This document shows, in pieces, positions 19,820-29,319 of a DNA stretch of 64,000 nucleotides. This DNA comes from a virus. The notes under the pieces were generated by a model that saw only the letters and a list, made by a program, of their open reading frames with translations, was not told the origin of the DNA and made no database searches. The position numbers were made by a program, and so were the translations under genes. Positions within the stretch are counted from its first letter, which is position 1, and each line of letters starts with the position of its first letter. Where the stretch lies: the IMG/VR virus record IMGVR_UViG_3300037483_000742, positions 1 to 64,000 of that record; one strand, written 5' to 3'.

Positions 19820-20532
19820 TAATAGGTTAGGTTTTTGAATCTACCATTCATTTTTTCAAATGATTCTACTCCATCTTTTAGGATTAGTTCAGTAGACATA
19901 CTTATTACTTCTAAGCATCCTAATAGTTTTTCAAAATTATCAGGGTGGAAAGTACTAGAAAAAATACCATTTATTCTAGAGATTAAAGCTTTGTTAGTTT
20001 CATTTCTCCAGACTTCAAATAAATTTATAATGTAGTTTACATCATGCACTGGAATTTCTTTTGATAAAAAATATTGCTTTGTCTTTTTAGCACAACTTCT
20101 ATCTGTAGTATTCATCAGAGTGAGTAAAGCAGATTTTAATTCATCTGTATTTTTTGTAGTGAGAGATTTGTCGTCAAAGAATTTTTTATAATCTTCTCTG
20201 ATAGTGTTTAAATGGAAATCAATGAAGTCTATGAACATCTTACTTTTAGTAGCATCATATTCTCCTGAAGTGTAGAATTTCTTAAATCTTACTTCAGACC
20301 TGACCCTTTCAATAACATTGAAAAGATCATGGTCTTTTAGTAAGCTTATTTTTTTCAGTTGTTTCTTACTTTTGAAGAATCTAATTTTTTTGAAGTCAAA
20401 ATTTTTAATTCTTTCTGCAAAATCTTTTCTGAAAATTATCAAAGTTACAATCCATAATATTGTCAAAAAAGACATAAGTGGATTTAGATTTTGCATCCAG
20501 GTTCCAAGATATTCAAAAGTAGTAGTCTCCAT
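19819..20532 (-). CDS. Membrane-anchored hypothetical protein
   Basis: N-terminal hydrophobic helix FLTILWIVTLIIF. Confidence 0.55.
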   Translation of the reverse strand: METTTFEYLGTWMQNLNPLMSFLTILWIVTLIIFRKDFAERIKNFDFKKIRFFKSKKQLKKISLLKDHDLFNVIERVRSEVRFKKFYTSGEYDATKSKMFIDFIDFHLNTIREDYKKFFDDKSLTTKNTDELKSALLTLMNTTDRSCAKKTKQYFLSKEIPVHDVNYIINLFEVWRNETNKALISRINGIFSSTFHPDNFEKLLGCLEVISMSTELILKDGVESFEKMNGRFKNLTY

Positions 20533-20556
20533 AAGTTTTGGGTTTTAAGAAACTAT

Positions 20557-20871
20557 TTAGTTTTTAACTTCAACATCTTTGATTCCTGCAATATAATCAT
20601 CAAATGCAGGAATAGATTCATGAACAATTCCCCAAGACATATTCTTTACACAGAATTGCAACAGAGTTAATTCTTTAGCTGTTAACTCAAGTGTAGCACC
20701 TGGCTCAATTTTAAATTTATCCATCAAGGCCATTCTCTGCTTAATATCATCAACAGTCATTCCTGATCTCAAAGGAGAATTTAAGGTTAAAAGAGCAAAA
20801 CCAGCATAGTCAAATTTCTGTCCTTCTGGTCCTTTTAAGTTGTCAATTACTTTGTTTTCAAATGTTATCAT
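20557..20871 (-). CDS. Hypothetical protein (possible fibre-associated chaperone)
   Basis: 104-aa ORF downstream of fibre genes with its own TATATTTG element. Confidence 0.45.
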   Translation of the reverse strand: MITFENKVIDNLKGPEGQKFDYAGFALLTLNSPLRSGMTVDDIKQRMALMDKFKIEPGATLELTAKELTLLQFCVKNMSWGIVHESIPAFDDYIAGIKDVEVKN

Positions 20872-20895
20872 AAATTTTGTCTTTTATATATGAGG

Positions 20896-20903
20896 CAAAT
20901 ATA
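20896..20903 (-). promoter_or_regulatory. Bacteroidota-type -7 promoter element TATATTTG
   Basis: Intergenic, upstream of ATG 20871. Confidence 0.6.
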
Positions 20904-20930
20904 TAAATTTCTACTCTAAAATGACTTTAT

Positions 20931-21203
20931 TTACAATAATTTTGATTTTTCAGTAACACTCATATTATAACCTATCATTACAAAGAATGCAGCAATAACC
21001 ATTACCATCTCTGATGCTGAAAGTGTTTTGTATTTATAAGAGAACCAAATAAAATAAGATACAATTGCAGCATTAAAGATGATTGCTCTTTCTATTCTTT
21101 TACTAGAGAAAAAAGATTCTTGTTCAGAGAATGTTAATCCTATCTGAACAATGAACCATTTTATATTAGTCCATCCAAAGAAGTATATTTTTTCTGTAGT
21201 CAT
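20931..21203 (-). CDS. Small membrane protein, holin candidate
   Basis: 90 aa with 2-3 hydrophobic segments. Confidence 0.45.
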   Translation of the reverse strand: MTTEKIYFFGWTNIKWFIVQIGLTFSEQESFFSSKRIERAIIFNAAIVSYFIWFSYKYKTLSASEMVMVIAAFFVMIGYNMSVTEKSKLL

Positions 21204-21205
21204 AA

Positions 21206-22540
21206 TTAACGCTCTGTATATATTTCAATTAATCCAACTCCAAGTACTGCATCTCCTGCAACAATATTTGCAGTTCCATTACTCATGATTGCTTGACAAG
21301 TTAATAAAGTTGTACTTACAGGAAGATTAGTATCAACTGAAGAATCTACTAGTATTGCACCAGTATCAGTTCTTACCATTGCATAATATACAACAGTATC
21401 ATTTGGTTTACAATAAATGTAGAAATCATATCCTGTATTATTTGTTGCAAGAGTACCTTGACCACTTATTACTTCTTTTGTACAAGTCAAAGTAGTATCA
21501 TTATGCATAAATGTAAATTCGATATCTGTTGAGTCAAATCCAAATCCTAACATATTAAGTAATGATGAAGGTTCAACTGTAACAACTGCTGTTGTTCCCG
21601 ATGTAAATCCAAAAAACCCTCTACATCCTGTTTTAATAGAGTTAAAACCAACTCTCATGCACATAAAAAATCCACCTAATCCAGCAGCATTTCCTCTCCA
21701 AAACATTGCTTCTGTTCTAGTTCCTATTTGTTGATTAGTAGTAGTCACAACATTAGAGAAAGTACTTCTTCTCATTGCAGTGTAAATATTTGTTGCTGTA
21801 GGTAATCCAATTGCAGCAGTACCTAAATTAGCACCTACAGTTCCAGACCAAACACCAGCAGCAGCTCCTGGTCTATAGTCTATTCTTTGCATATTCCATA
21901 CAGCTCTTTGAATTGGATTCTCTACTCCAGTAGAACCAAGTATCATCAAACTATCCCAATTAGCTATACTTTTTGTGTAGACTTCAACATTTCCAGCAAT
22001 AGGAGATGCTGGACTTGTAGTTACTTTTTTCAGTAACAAATTTGCATCTGTTCCATCTAATAATAATGTATTTGTTGCAGGATCAAATTGAAAATTAATA
22101 TCACCAGCTAAAAATCCACCACTATTATACATTATCCAATTAGAAGAACCAAAAGCAGTTTGTTGGGCTTTTATACTTCCAGTTGCAGAATAATACAACC
22201 ATCCTACTTCAGTCATATAAACTAAAGATTCACCTGCTAACAATGTGATGGAAGGAGTTAATCTGTAGTAAAGAGTATCTTTTTTAGAAATATAAATTGT
22301 GTTAGATACAGCTACATCAATATTAGTAATAGTGAGTATTTTTAACTGCCTTAAAATATTTGTTGATGGAGCAGATACTATATCAGTATTACCAATTGTT
22401 GTAATTTTTCCTTGTACTCCAGCAGTTGCGAATATTTTAGGAATAACTGTAAAATCTACATAAGTTCCAGAATAGTCTAAAGGAGCTACAGATGATGCAG
22501 TTAGAACAAATTTTTCAGTTGTGCCTGTTAAGGTTAGCAT
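21206..22540 (-). CDS. Tail fibre / receptor-binding-like protein
   Basis: 444 aa, T/G/S-rich; GSSNWIMYNSGGFLAGDINFQFD fibre-type linker and beta-rich C-terminal domain. Confidence 0.55.
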   Translation of the reverse strand: MLTLTGTTEKFVLTASSVAPLDYSGTYVDFTVIPKIFATAGVQGKITTIGNTDIVSAPSTNILRQLKILTITNIDVAVSNTIYISKKDTLYYRLTPSITLLAGESLVYMTEVGWLYYSATGSIKAQQTAFGSSNWIMYNSGGFLAGDINFQFDPATNTLLLDGTDANLLLKKVTTSPASPIAGNVEVYTKSIANWDSLMILGSTGVENPIQRAVWNMQRIDYRPGAAAGVWSGTVGANLGTAAIGLPTATNIYTAMRRSTFSNVVTTTNQQIGTRTEAMFWRGNAAGLGGFFMCMRVGFNSIKTGCRGFFGFTSGTTAVVTVEPSSLLNMLGFGFDSTDIEFTFMHNDTTLTCTKEVISGQGTLATNNTGYDFYIYCKPNDTVVYYAMVRTDTGAILVDSSVDTNLPVSTTLLTCQAIMSNGTANIVAGDAVLGVGLIEIYTER

Positions 22541-22563
22541 TTTAAAATTCTCTGTAAGTACTA

Positions 22564-22938
22564 TTAATCATTATAAGGATTAATGATCTCACAAGTTCCT
22601 ACTCCAAGTTTAGATTCTAACCAATCTTTAAGTATTCCCTGAACTACCAATAACGCATTTTGTCCTGATAATAATGCCCAATTTTCATCACTGATTTCTG
22701 CTCCATAACCATAATCAAATTGATCTACAGCTCCTATTTCCAAAGGAGAAGTATTGAAAGATTCTTTAGAAGGAAAATGTTTAAATCCCATCTGAAGGAT
22801 TCTCTTCTTACCAGTAATATTACCTGCTTCATCTCTTTCAATAAAATCATCAGGAAAAGAAGTACTTGGTTTTATCATTGAACCTGCTGGAATAGTAATT
22901 CCTGCTTTGGTTAATTGAACATTAATTTTGATTGCCAT
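22564..22938 (-). CDS. Hypothetical fibre-associated protein
   Basis: 124-aa ORF directly after the fibre gene. Confidence 0.45.
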   Translation of the reverse strand: MAIKINVQLTKAGITIPAGSMIKPSTSFPDDFIERDEAGNITGKKRILQMGFKHFPSKESFNTSPLEIGAVDQFDYGYGAEISDENWALLSGQNALLVVQGILKDWLESKLGVGTCEIINPYND

Positions 22939-22950
22939 ATAAGTTATTTT

Positions 22951-24843
22951 TTAAGCTGCTTCAATTAAAAGATTTCCATTATCTAGATACAATCTATGTC
23001 TAGTATTTAAAGTTCTATCTTCAAATACAATACCTTTGACTATTCCCATAATTTCTAAATCACCATAAACTTCAATAAGTGAGGTATTACCACTTCCTGT
23101 AGCATTACCAAATATTGATCTACCACTAGTAGTGATAATAGCATAGTTAGTTGCTCCACCTCCAGCAGCTTCAAAATAAGCAGCTACATTTGTAACACCA
23201 GCACCATCTACAGAACATTCAATAAATGTTCCCCAAGCTTCTTCATTAGTTACTCCTGATACCCAAGATAATTCTATCTTAGCACCATAGTTTTTAGTAT
23301 TGTTAATATCTCCTATTTGTCCAATACTAAAGTAACCTGCTCTCCTATCATCTGCTTTTTGTGATCCAACAGAACCCCATATACCAGCAGCAAAATCATT
23401 TGGAGTAACTGCATCGCCTCCATTTGCTGAAGCAAAAACTCCAACAGAACTGTCTGTTGCATTTCTGGCTGAAAAATAAGCTCCAAAATTTTGAGAGTGT
23501 CCAGCTACACCAGAATTTCCATAAAAAGACCTGGCAATACCAGCACCACTTCCAGTCACATCAGACCAAATACCATTATAATTAGTGCCACCAGTACCAC
23601 CTTGAGCTAAAATAGCATAACCATTATTAGCTAAATTATTGGATGAAATATTAATTGCTCCATCTCTACCACCACCAGCAGTAATTTTTAAACGATCTCC
23701 AACAACAGGAGCAGTATTAATACCTATGCTACCATCATTTTGCATTTGAAAAAGTTGATCATCTGCAAGATTCCAGAAACCAAAATTTCTTGTAGCAAAC
23801 AAATTATCATAACCTTTAACAGCAAGAGGAGAAGCTACAGATATTGATCCAGTATTTGTACCAATCCAAGCTTCAGTAGCTATAGTAGTTCTACCAGTAG
23901 CAGAAACATTTAGAACAGTAGCTGCTGCTGCATTTCTCACTTGTAAAATACTCTCAGCAGGAGATAAATTTCCTGACGAAATTATAGTACCAAATCCTTG
24001 TCCAGAGGCTGAATGAATTGTAACTTTAGCTCCTGCTGAAGGAAGCGTACCAAATCCCCAATCACCAATTGAATTATAACTACCTGCAAGAATTGCTGTA
24101 TTATTTGCATAAAAATCCATCCTAATTGTAGTAGGACCAATATTCATGTATGCTGTACTATTTGACCCAGCAAAAAGTTCTACTAAAGATTCAGGATTAA
24201 CACCTCCACCATTAGTTGCTCTAACACCAGTAACAGAATGTGTATCTGTTACATAAGACATTATACCACTAGCATTATTATACTCCCAATAATTTGTTGC
24301 AATACTTGTTTGGTTTCTAACATAACCACCAGAAGTTAGTTGAAAGTAACCATTCACTCCAGCTAACCCATGATTAAAAAACAAATTTGTTCTAATTTGT
24401 ACCGTTCTTGTTATAGCAGTAATAATACCATCAGAATTATAGATATTAGTGGAAGCTGTAGGAGATGGAATCCAGGCTCCTGTTCCGTTTACATCAATAG
24501 AAGTCCAAATATATCCAACAACACCTTCAGTACCGTCCTGAAGTCTAAACATTCCTGCTGGTCCTGCTATTGTCAGAGTATCTGTAACTGTTACAGTTCT
24601 ATCTGTTCCTGTTACACCATCTCCAGTGTATAAAGTAACTGGAATTAAAGCAGACAAATCGATAGTAATATCTGGAGTTACACCATTATTATCTACTAAG
24701 GTTAATGTCATTGTATCAGGATCATAACTACCACCATTAACATAAATGTCAGTAGTAGGTAATTTTGAAACCTTACATTTTAAATCCTGAACCTCCCTGA
24801 AGAGTTTTTCAAGTGTCTCTCTATTTATTTCTTTTGGTGGCAT
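22951..24843 (-). CDS. Tail fibre protein
   Basis: 630 aa, Gly/Asn/Thr-rich; N-terminal coiled coil; repeated (T/N)(L/I)YxxDG..RTV units. Confidence 0.7.
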   Translation of the reverse strand: MPPKEINRETLEKLFREVQDLKCKVSKLPTTDIYVNGGSYDPDTMTLTLVDNNGVTPDITIDLSALIPVTLYTGDGVTGTDRTVTVTDTLTIAGPAGMFRLQDGTEGVVGYIWTSIDVNGTGAWIPSPTASTNIYNSDGIITAITRTVQIRTNLFFNHGLAGVNGYFQLTSGGYVRNQTSIATNYWEYNNASGIMSYVTDTHSVTGVRATNGGGVNPESLVELFAGSNSTAYMNIGPTTIRMDFYANNTAILAGSYNSIGDWGFGTLPSAGAKVTIHSASGQGFGTIISSGNLSPAESILQVRNAAAATVLNVSATGRTTIATEAWIGTNTGSISVASPLAVKGYDNLFATRNFGFWNLADDQLFQMQNDGSIGINTAPVVGDRLKITAGGGRDGAINISSNNLANNGYAILAQGGTGGTNYNGIWSDVTGSGAGIARSFYGNSGVAGHSQNFGAYFSARNATDSSVGVFASANGGDAVTPNDFAAGIWGSVGSQKADDRRAGYFSIGQIGDINNTKNYGAKIELSWVSGVTNEEAWGTFIECSVDGAGVTNVAAYFEAAGGGATNYAIITTSGRSIFGNATGSGNTSLIEVYGDLEIMGIVKGIVFEDRTLNTRHRLYLDNGNLLIEAA

Positions 24844-24845
24844 AA

Positions 24846-25394
24846 TTACACTGCTTGTAAAGGTGAAGTAAATTCAAAATACACATCAATAGTATAATCT
24901 CCATTTGGTAATTGCAAATTGGTTTGTCCTATAGAAATCAAATTAATACTACTTAAAGTAGAACCAATAGCATTTCCTTGTTGACTAGGAGAATTAACTC
25001 CTAAACCTCCTGTAGCATTAATTATAGAAATTGGTACTCTTTCTAAAATTCCTTGTAAAGTTTTGCTGCCAGTAAACCAATTACTGCCAGTAAAGGCAGG
25101 CCATCTAAAGTTTAAATTGATAGTATCAGTTAATGCTGTAACAGTTATTTCTAATCTTAAATAACCTTTTATAACTACAGTATCAGAACTAAGTATCTTG
25201 TATGCAAGGTCTAAACTAGTCAAACTGTTAATATTAGCAGAAGCAAATGTAACTAAAGTCATATCTGTTTCTGTAAGATTTACCCAAGCATCATTAGGAA
25301 CCTCTCCTCCACTACAACATTCTCCACTTAAAATACAAGCTATCTGACTTTGTAGTGCAGCTAATTGTTCTTTTATTGCTTCTAATTCAAACAT
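24846..25394 (-). CDS. Putative short fibre / structural protein
   Basis: N-terminal coiled coil followed by a beta-rich domain. Confidence 0.5.
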   Translation of the reverse strand: MFELEAIKEQLAALQSQIACILSGECCSGGEVPNDAWVNLTETDMTLVTFASANINSLTSLDLAYKILSSDTVVIKGYLRLEITVTALTDTINLNFRWPAFTGSNWFTGSKTLQGILERVPISIINATGGLGVNSPSQQGNAIGSTLSSINLISIGQTNLQLPNGDYTIDVYFEFTSPLQAV

Positions 25395-25395
25395 A

Positions 25396-25677
25396 TTAGG
25401 ATGGATTTACGCAAGAGTAAGATAATAGTAACCTTTGGGTATACTTACATATTTTCTTACACTTCCTTAGTTTATTTATTTTGTTCTTAATATCATGCAT
25501 CTTAGCTTCATATCCTACAGTTCCTGCATCATATTGAGCTTTAGCATAATTAAAAGATTCTGATAGTACTCTAAACAAAGCAAGATGTTTTAAATCATCT
25601 TCTCCTAAGACAGCTCTTCTATCTTTAGCTATCATTAAGCTACCATAAAATATTTTTTCATTCTCTCCAAAAAACAT
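25396..25677 (-). CDS. Putative tail hub-associated protein
   Basis: 93 aa, synteny only. Confidence 0.4.
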   Translation of the reverse strand: MFFGENEKIFYGSLMIAKDRRAVLGEDDLKHLALFRVLSESFNYAKAQYDAGTVGYEAKMHDIKNKINKLRKCKKICKYTQRLLLSYSCVNPS

Positions 25678-25678
25678 T

Positions 25679-26290
25679 TTATAGTAAAGTTAAAGCATTA
25701 TTGTAAATTCCAAAACCTCCTCCTGCTAATAAAATTGCATTTCCATAGTCAGGGCATGAATGACAAACTTCACAAAGTTCATCTAATATTTTTATAATGT
25801 CTATAGCTTCTTGATAAAAACCTTGTTGTATAGCTATATATAATCCTTGAAGATATAAATTTGTGCTAACTATTTTACTTGAACAGTCTTCACAATCATC
25901 ACATCCTCCACATTTTAAACCACAATCATCTATTTCAGCAGATAATAAATTGTTCAAAATGCATTCATGATACTTAATAAAATTTGAAACTATTGCCAAT
26001 CTTTTATTAGTGTCTGGACAACATTCTTCTACTTCTTCATCTGTTGTAAATTCTAGAAAAAATAATCCTGATAATTTAGTTAAACCTAAAGCTGAAGCAG
26101 GTATTGAAATAGTTTCTGTTTCATCAGTACCTACAATGTAAGAACTTACATCAATAGCTTCACTTATTACTTGAAAAGTATCAGATGTCCATATCAGAAT
26201 AGAAGTAAAGACGTTGCCAGGTGTTGTGGCAACGTCTACTACTATGTTTTCTGCTAAAGCATCTATATTTAACTGGTTTATAATTACCAT
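25679..26290 (-). CDS. Putative tail hub protein, Cys-rich
   Basis: 203 aa; MVIINQLNI start and Cys-rich C-terminal half; synteny. Confidence 0.5.
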   Translation of the reverse strand: MVIINQLNIDALAENIVVDVATTPGNVFTSILIWTSDTFQVISEAIDVSSYIVGTDETETISIPASALGLTKLSGLFFLEFTTDEEVEECCPDTNKRLAIVSNFIKYHECILNNLLSAEIDDCGLKCGGCDDCEDCSSKIVSTNLYLQGLYIAIQQGFYQEAIDIIKILDELCEVCHSCPDYGNAILLAGGGFGIYNNALTLL

Positions 26291-26310
26291 TAGTTAAGTT
26301 TTATAGATTA

Positions 26311-27738
26311 TTAAGCAATACCATCTTGTAATGGATTATCAATATCAGCAGTTTGTTCAACTACAGCAGGGTTAGTGCTTGCAAGTGCTACATCATCTGC
26401 CAGTGCATGTAAGCCAACCAGAGCAGCAATTCTGTCAAGAATAGTAACTAGACTGTTTCTTGTAACTGTGCTTGTTGCTGGCACTGCAATGATAGTAGCC
26501 AAATTGTTGAAATGTTCCTGCCATCCTGATACAGAGAATTGATCATAAGTCAATGCAAATTGATCATACTCCTCATTAGCTTCAGCATAATAAGTGATGT
26601 CATAAGCTGTACCTGTAGCTTCAGAAAGTCTGTAAGGACCAGGATTTCCATCCCATGCACCTGCATGATATTCTTTCTGCTTGATGTCATAGTAACTTCC
26701 TTCTTCATTAGCAGCATCTTGAGTAGTAATGATAGAACCATTACATTCAAATCCTGAAATCAATGAAGGAACCATGATAGTTTGTCTAGGATTATGATAC
26801 TTCAGGTTGATGTTACAGTAGTTGTTGATTGCCAGTGGAACACTAGTAATTCTAACTCCTGGACATACACCTTCCAAAAGAGCAAGCTCTTCTGAAGTTA
26901 CAACAACACTTGCAAAGTTAACCACAGTTGCAGTTGCTCCAGTTGTATCAGTATCAGCAAATAACACTGTACCTGTAGGATTAGATACAGAATTTCCAAG
27001 TGAAGTGAAAGTTACAGTGGCTCCATCAGCTACAGCTAAGTTGACAGTAGAAGAAGCAAAAGCAGTAGCAATTTTAGTTGCTACACCAGCTTCATCATCT
27101 GCGTTAAGAATAGCTACAACAATAGCTTCTCCATTTGCAGTAACTGTGATGTTACCATCAGCAGTAGGTTCTCCAGTGATTGTGATGCTTCCCTGATTTA
27201 CAAATAGTGCAGCAGTAGCCAAACCATCTGTATCACGGTTAATTTCATCTACAATCAGATTACCCAACTCTTGACAGCTACCTGAAGGACAGTCTTCACA
27301 ACCTTCACAGCAAGAAGTTCTTACAGTGTATGGTTTGCTAAACTGATTATACCCTTGTCTTTTGTAAATTTCCTGGTTACGGAACTCAATTCTAAGTGTA
27401 TAATCTGTATCACATTTTGCAGCAAATCCGGTTAGTTCCATGATTTGAGGTCTTCCAGCAGTGTGAGGTCTGAAAGAGTAGTTCTTAATGTTTCTGGCTT
27501 GAATTAGTTGTCCAGCAGAAACATTAATGTCGTCTAGCACTGAATCACCATCTTTATCAAGACCTACAGCAATAAAGAAATTCTTTACTGGTGCAGTACC
27601 ATCAATAGACAAATCAGTGTTTACATCAAATATTCCTATTTGACCTGGACTTAAAGCATCTACAGTTGATCCAGCAGCAAGCACTACTGCGTTGCCTTTG
27701 GTAACTAGCACTTTAAATACATCATTGTTTGTACTCAT
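26311..27738 (-). CDS. Abundant structural protein (auxiliary capsid protein candidate)
   Basis: 475 aa, third gene after the MCP, codon usage resembling the MCP. Confidence 0.55.
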   Translation of the reverse strand: MSTNNDVFKVLVTKGNAVVLAAGSTVDALSPGQIGIFDVNTDLSIDGTAPVKNFFIAVGLDKDGDSVLDDINVSAGQLIQARNIKNYSFRPHTAGRPQIMELTGFAAKCDTDYTLRIEFRNQEIYKRQGYNQFSKPYTVRTSCCEGCEDCPSGSCQELGNLIVDEINRDTDGLATAALFVNQGSITITGEPTADGNITVTANGEAIVVAILNADDEAGVATKIATAFASSTVNLAVADGATVTFTSLGNSVSNPTGTVLFADTDTTGATATVVNFASVVVTSEELALLEGVCPGVRITSVPLAINNYCNINLKYHNPRQTIMVPSLISGFECNGSIITTQDAANEEGSYYDIKQKEYHAGAWDGNPGPYRLSEATGTAYDITYYAEANEEYDQFALTYDQFSVSGWQEHFNNLATIIAVPATSTVTRNSLVTILDRIAALVGLHALADDVALASTNPAVVEQTADIDNPLQDGIA

Positions 27739-27747
27739 AGTTTTGTT

Positions 27748-28449
27748 TTATTTTAGATTATTAAAATTTAACTTCGCTAATTTTATTTGATAATCAGGAA
27801 TTTGAAGTTGTCCTGTAGCAATTAAAACAGCAATATCTACAATCTCTCTGTGTGTTTGGAAAGGGAGTTCACAATCCTGAGTTCCAGTTAATACAACAGA
27901 TGAAGGTAGTGTGTAAGTTCCTCCACTTCTAAATCCACTTGCATAATGTATATAACTAGGTTTAGCTATGTAATTTAGGCAAACTTCAGTATTTGTGAAA
28001 GTTCCGTCACTTGAAAACTCAATACCATCAACATTAAAAACTCCGTTTACTATTCTCCACTCAAAAGAACTCTTGTCAAACTCACTCTCTTCATACTCAT
28101 CATCATGTTGTCTAACATGAAGTTTTGCAGAAGCAGTTCCACATGGGTCTTTCTCCATAGTGACATAGGCTCTTAAAAAGTGCCAGTAGTCTTCAGGGAG
28201 AGAGCTAGTGTTATTAGTGATAGGAAGACACTCTTTTTTAACAAGTGTCCTAATATCATCTGTGTTTCTTTGGCTCATTTCAAAACCTAGTTGATCTCTC
28301 AATCTAGGTTCTGCAACCATCTTAACAAATAATTCTTGTGCTTCATTTAATATCCAATCAATTTCAGGAATCAGCAAATTTCTATATTGCTGGCTATCCA
28401 CCTTGTTGATCTTCATCTTGAAGTCATAGTGCATTTCCTGAATTACCAT
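27748..28449 (-). CDS. Head-tail ring protein
   Basis: EMHYDF..IDWILNEAQELFVK and CELPFQTHREIVDIAV motifs. Confidence 0.7.
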   Translation of the reverse strand: MVIQEMHYDFKMKINKVDSQQYRNLLIPEIDWILNEAQELFVKMVAEPRLRDQLGFEMSQRNTDDIRTLVKKECLPITNNTSSLPEDYWHFLRAYVTMEKDPCGTASAKLHVRQHDDEYEESEFDKSSFEWRIVNGVFNVDGIEFSSDGTFTNTEVCLNYIAKPSYIHYASGFRSGGTYTLPSSVVLTGTQDCELPFQTHREIVDIAVLIATGQLQIPDYQIKLAKLNFNNLK

Positions 28450-28454
28450 ATCAA

Positions 28455-29249
28455 TTAATTAACAGCAGCAGTTAATCTTATTCTCAATTCGTTATTCTCA
28501 TCTTCATTGAGGTAATCAATTACTTGATAAATATCACCTCCTAGATTTGAACCATTGTATTCAATTTTATGTCCTTTTTTAGTCAGAATGTTTTTCTGTA
28601 AACATTCAAGAACTAAAGCATGAATTTCCATTTTATCAGCATCCAGCTTCATGAAATTAAGAACTTCTTCAGCTTGTTCTTCTAACAATTCACTTATAGC
28701 AACTTCAACATGATTCTCTGATTTTCCTTTCACATTTTTTCCTCCAAGAATCATACACAGTTGTATTTTTTTCTCTAAAGGAAGTTTGGAAACTGCAATC
28801 ACAGCTTGATTTTTAATTGCTACTTTACTTGCTTTAATTTCCACTTGTTCAGATTCATCATGAATAATGTGTGTAGCATCAGGCCAAAGTCCTTCTTCAA
28901 TTTCTTGTACTGAGTTGGCTACATACTTTGAAGCTTTACAAATTTTTACTTTAATGAAATCTAACATAGATTTCTCTGGATCAAAGAAAATAGTTTTATT
29001 TTCTAATTTTATTTGAGCCATTTTTGATTCCCAAAATGGATGTACTTTTCCATTTACAAAATCATCACTTAGATCATAAGAGCAACCTTCTTTTTTCAAC
29101 TTTTCTATATCTTTTTCTTCTAGTCCAGTTGCATACTTCATTGTTTTAGGATCAACTAAAGCTTGAACAGTATGTGGTCTTGCAAAACTCTCTGATCCTT
29201 TTTTACCATGCCATTTATTCTTGTCTATTGGCCTAATTTCTACTTTCAT
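28455..29249 (-). CDS. Conserved crAss-like protein downstream of MCP
   Basis: YATGL, HPFW and IDYLNEDENNEL motifs; synteny. Confidence 0.6.
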   Translation of the reverse strand: MKVEIRPIDKNKWHGKKGSESFARPHTVQALVDPKTMKYATGLEEKDIEKLKKEGCSYDLSDDFVNGKVHPFWESKMAQIKLENKTIFFDPEKSMLDFIKVKICKASKYVANSVQEIEEGLWPDATHIIHDESEQVEIKASKVAIKNQAVIAVSKLPLEKKIQLCMILGGKNVKGKSENHVEVAISELLEEQAEEVLNFMKLDADKMEIHALVLECLQKNILTKKGHKIEYNGSNLGGDIYQVIDYLNEDENNELRIRLTAAVN

Positions 29250-29267
29250 ATCTTTCTTTTTTTATGA

Positions 29268-29303
29268 ATATTTGTGGGGGATTTTTATCTCCCCCACAAA
29301 TAT
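29268..29303 (-). other. Strong hairpin after MCP (stabiliser or processing site rather than terminator)
   Basis: ATATTTGTGGGGG...CCCCCACAAATAT inverted repeat; no U-tract follows on the coding strand. Confidence 0.6.
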
Positions 29304-29319
29304 AACATTTATTTCAGAA

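Noticed and set aside
21206-24843. Diversity-generating retroelement acting on fibre genes
   Set aside because: No reverse transcriptase and no template/variable repeat pair seen in the window
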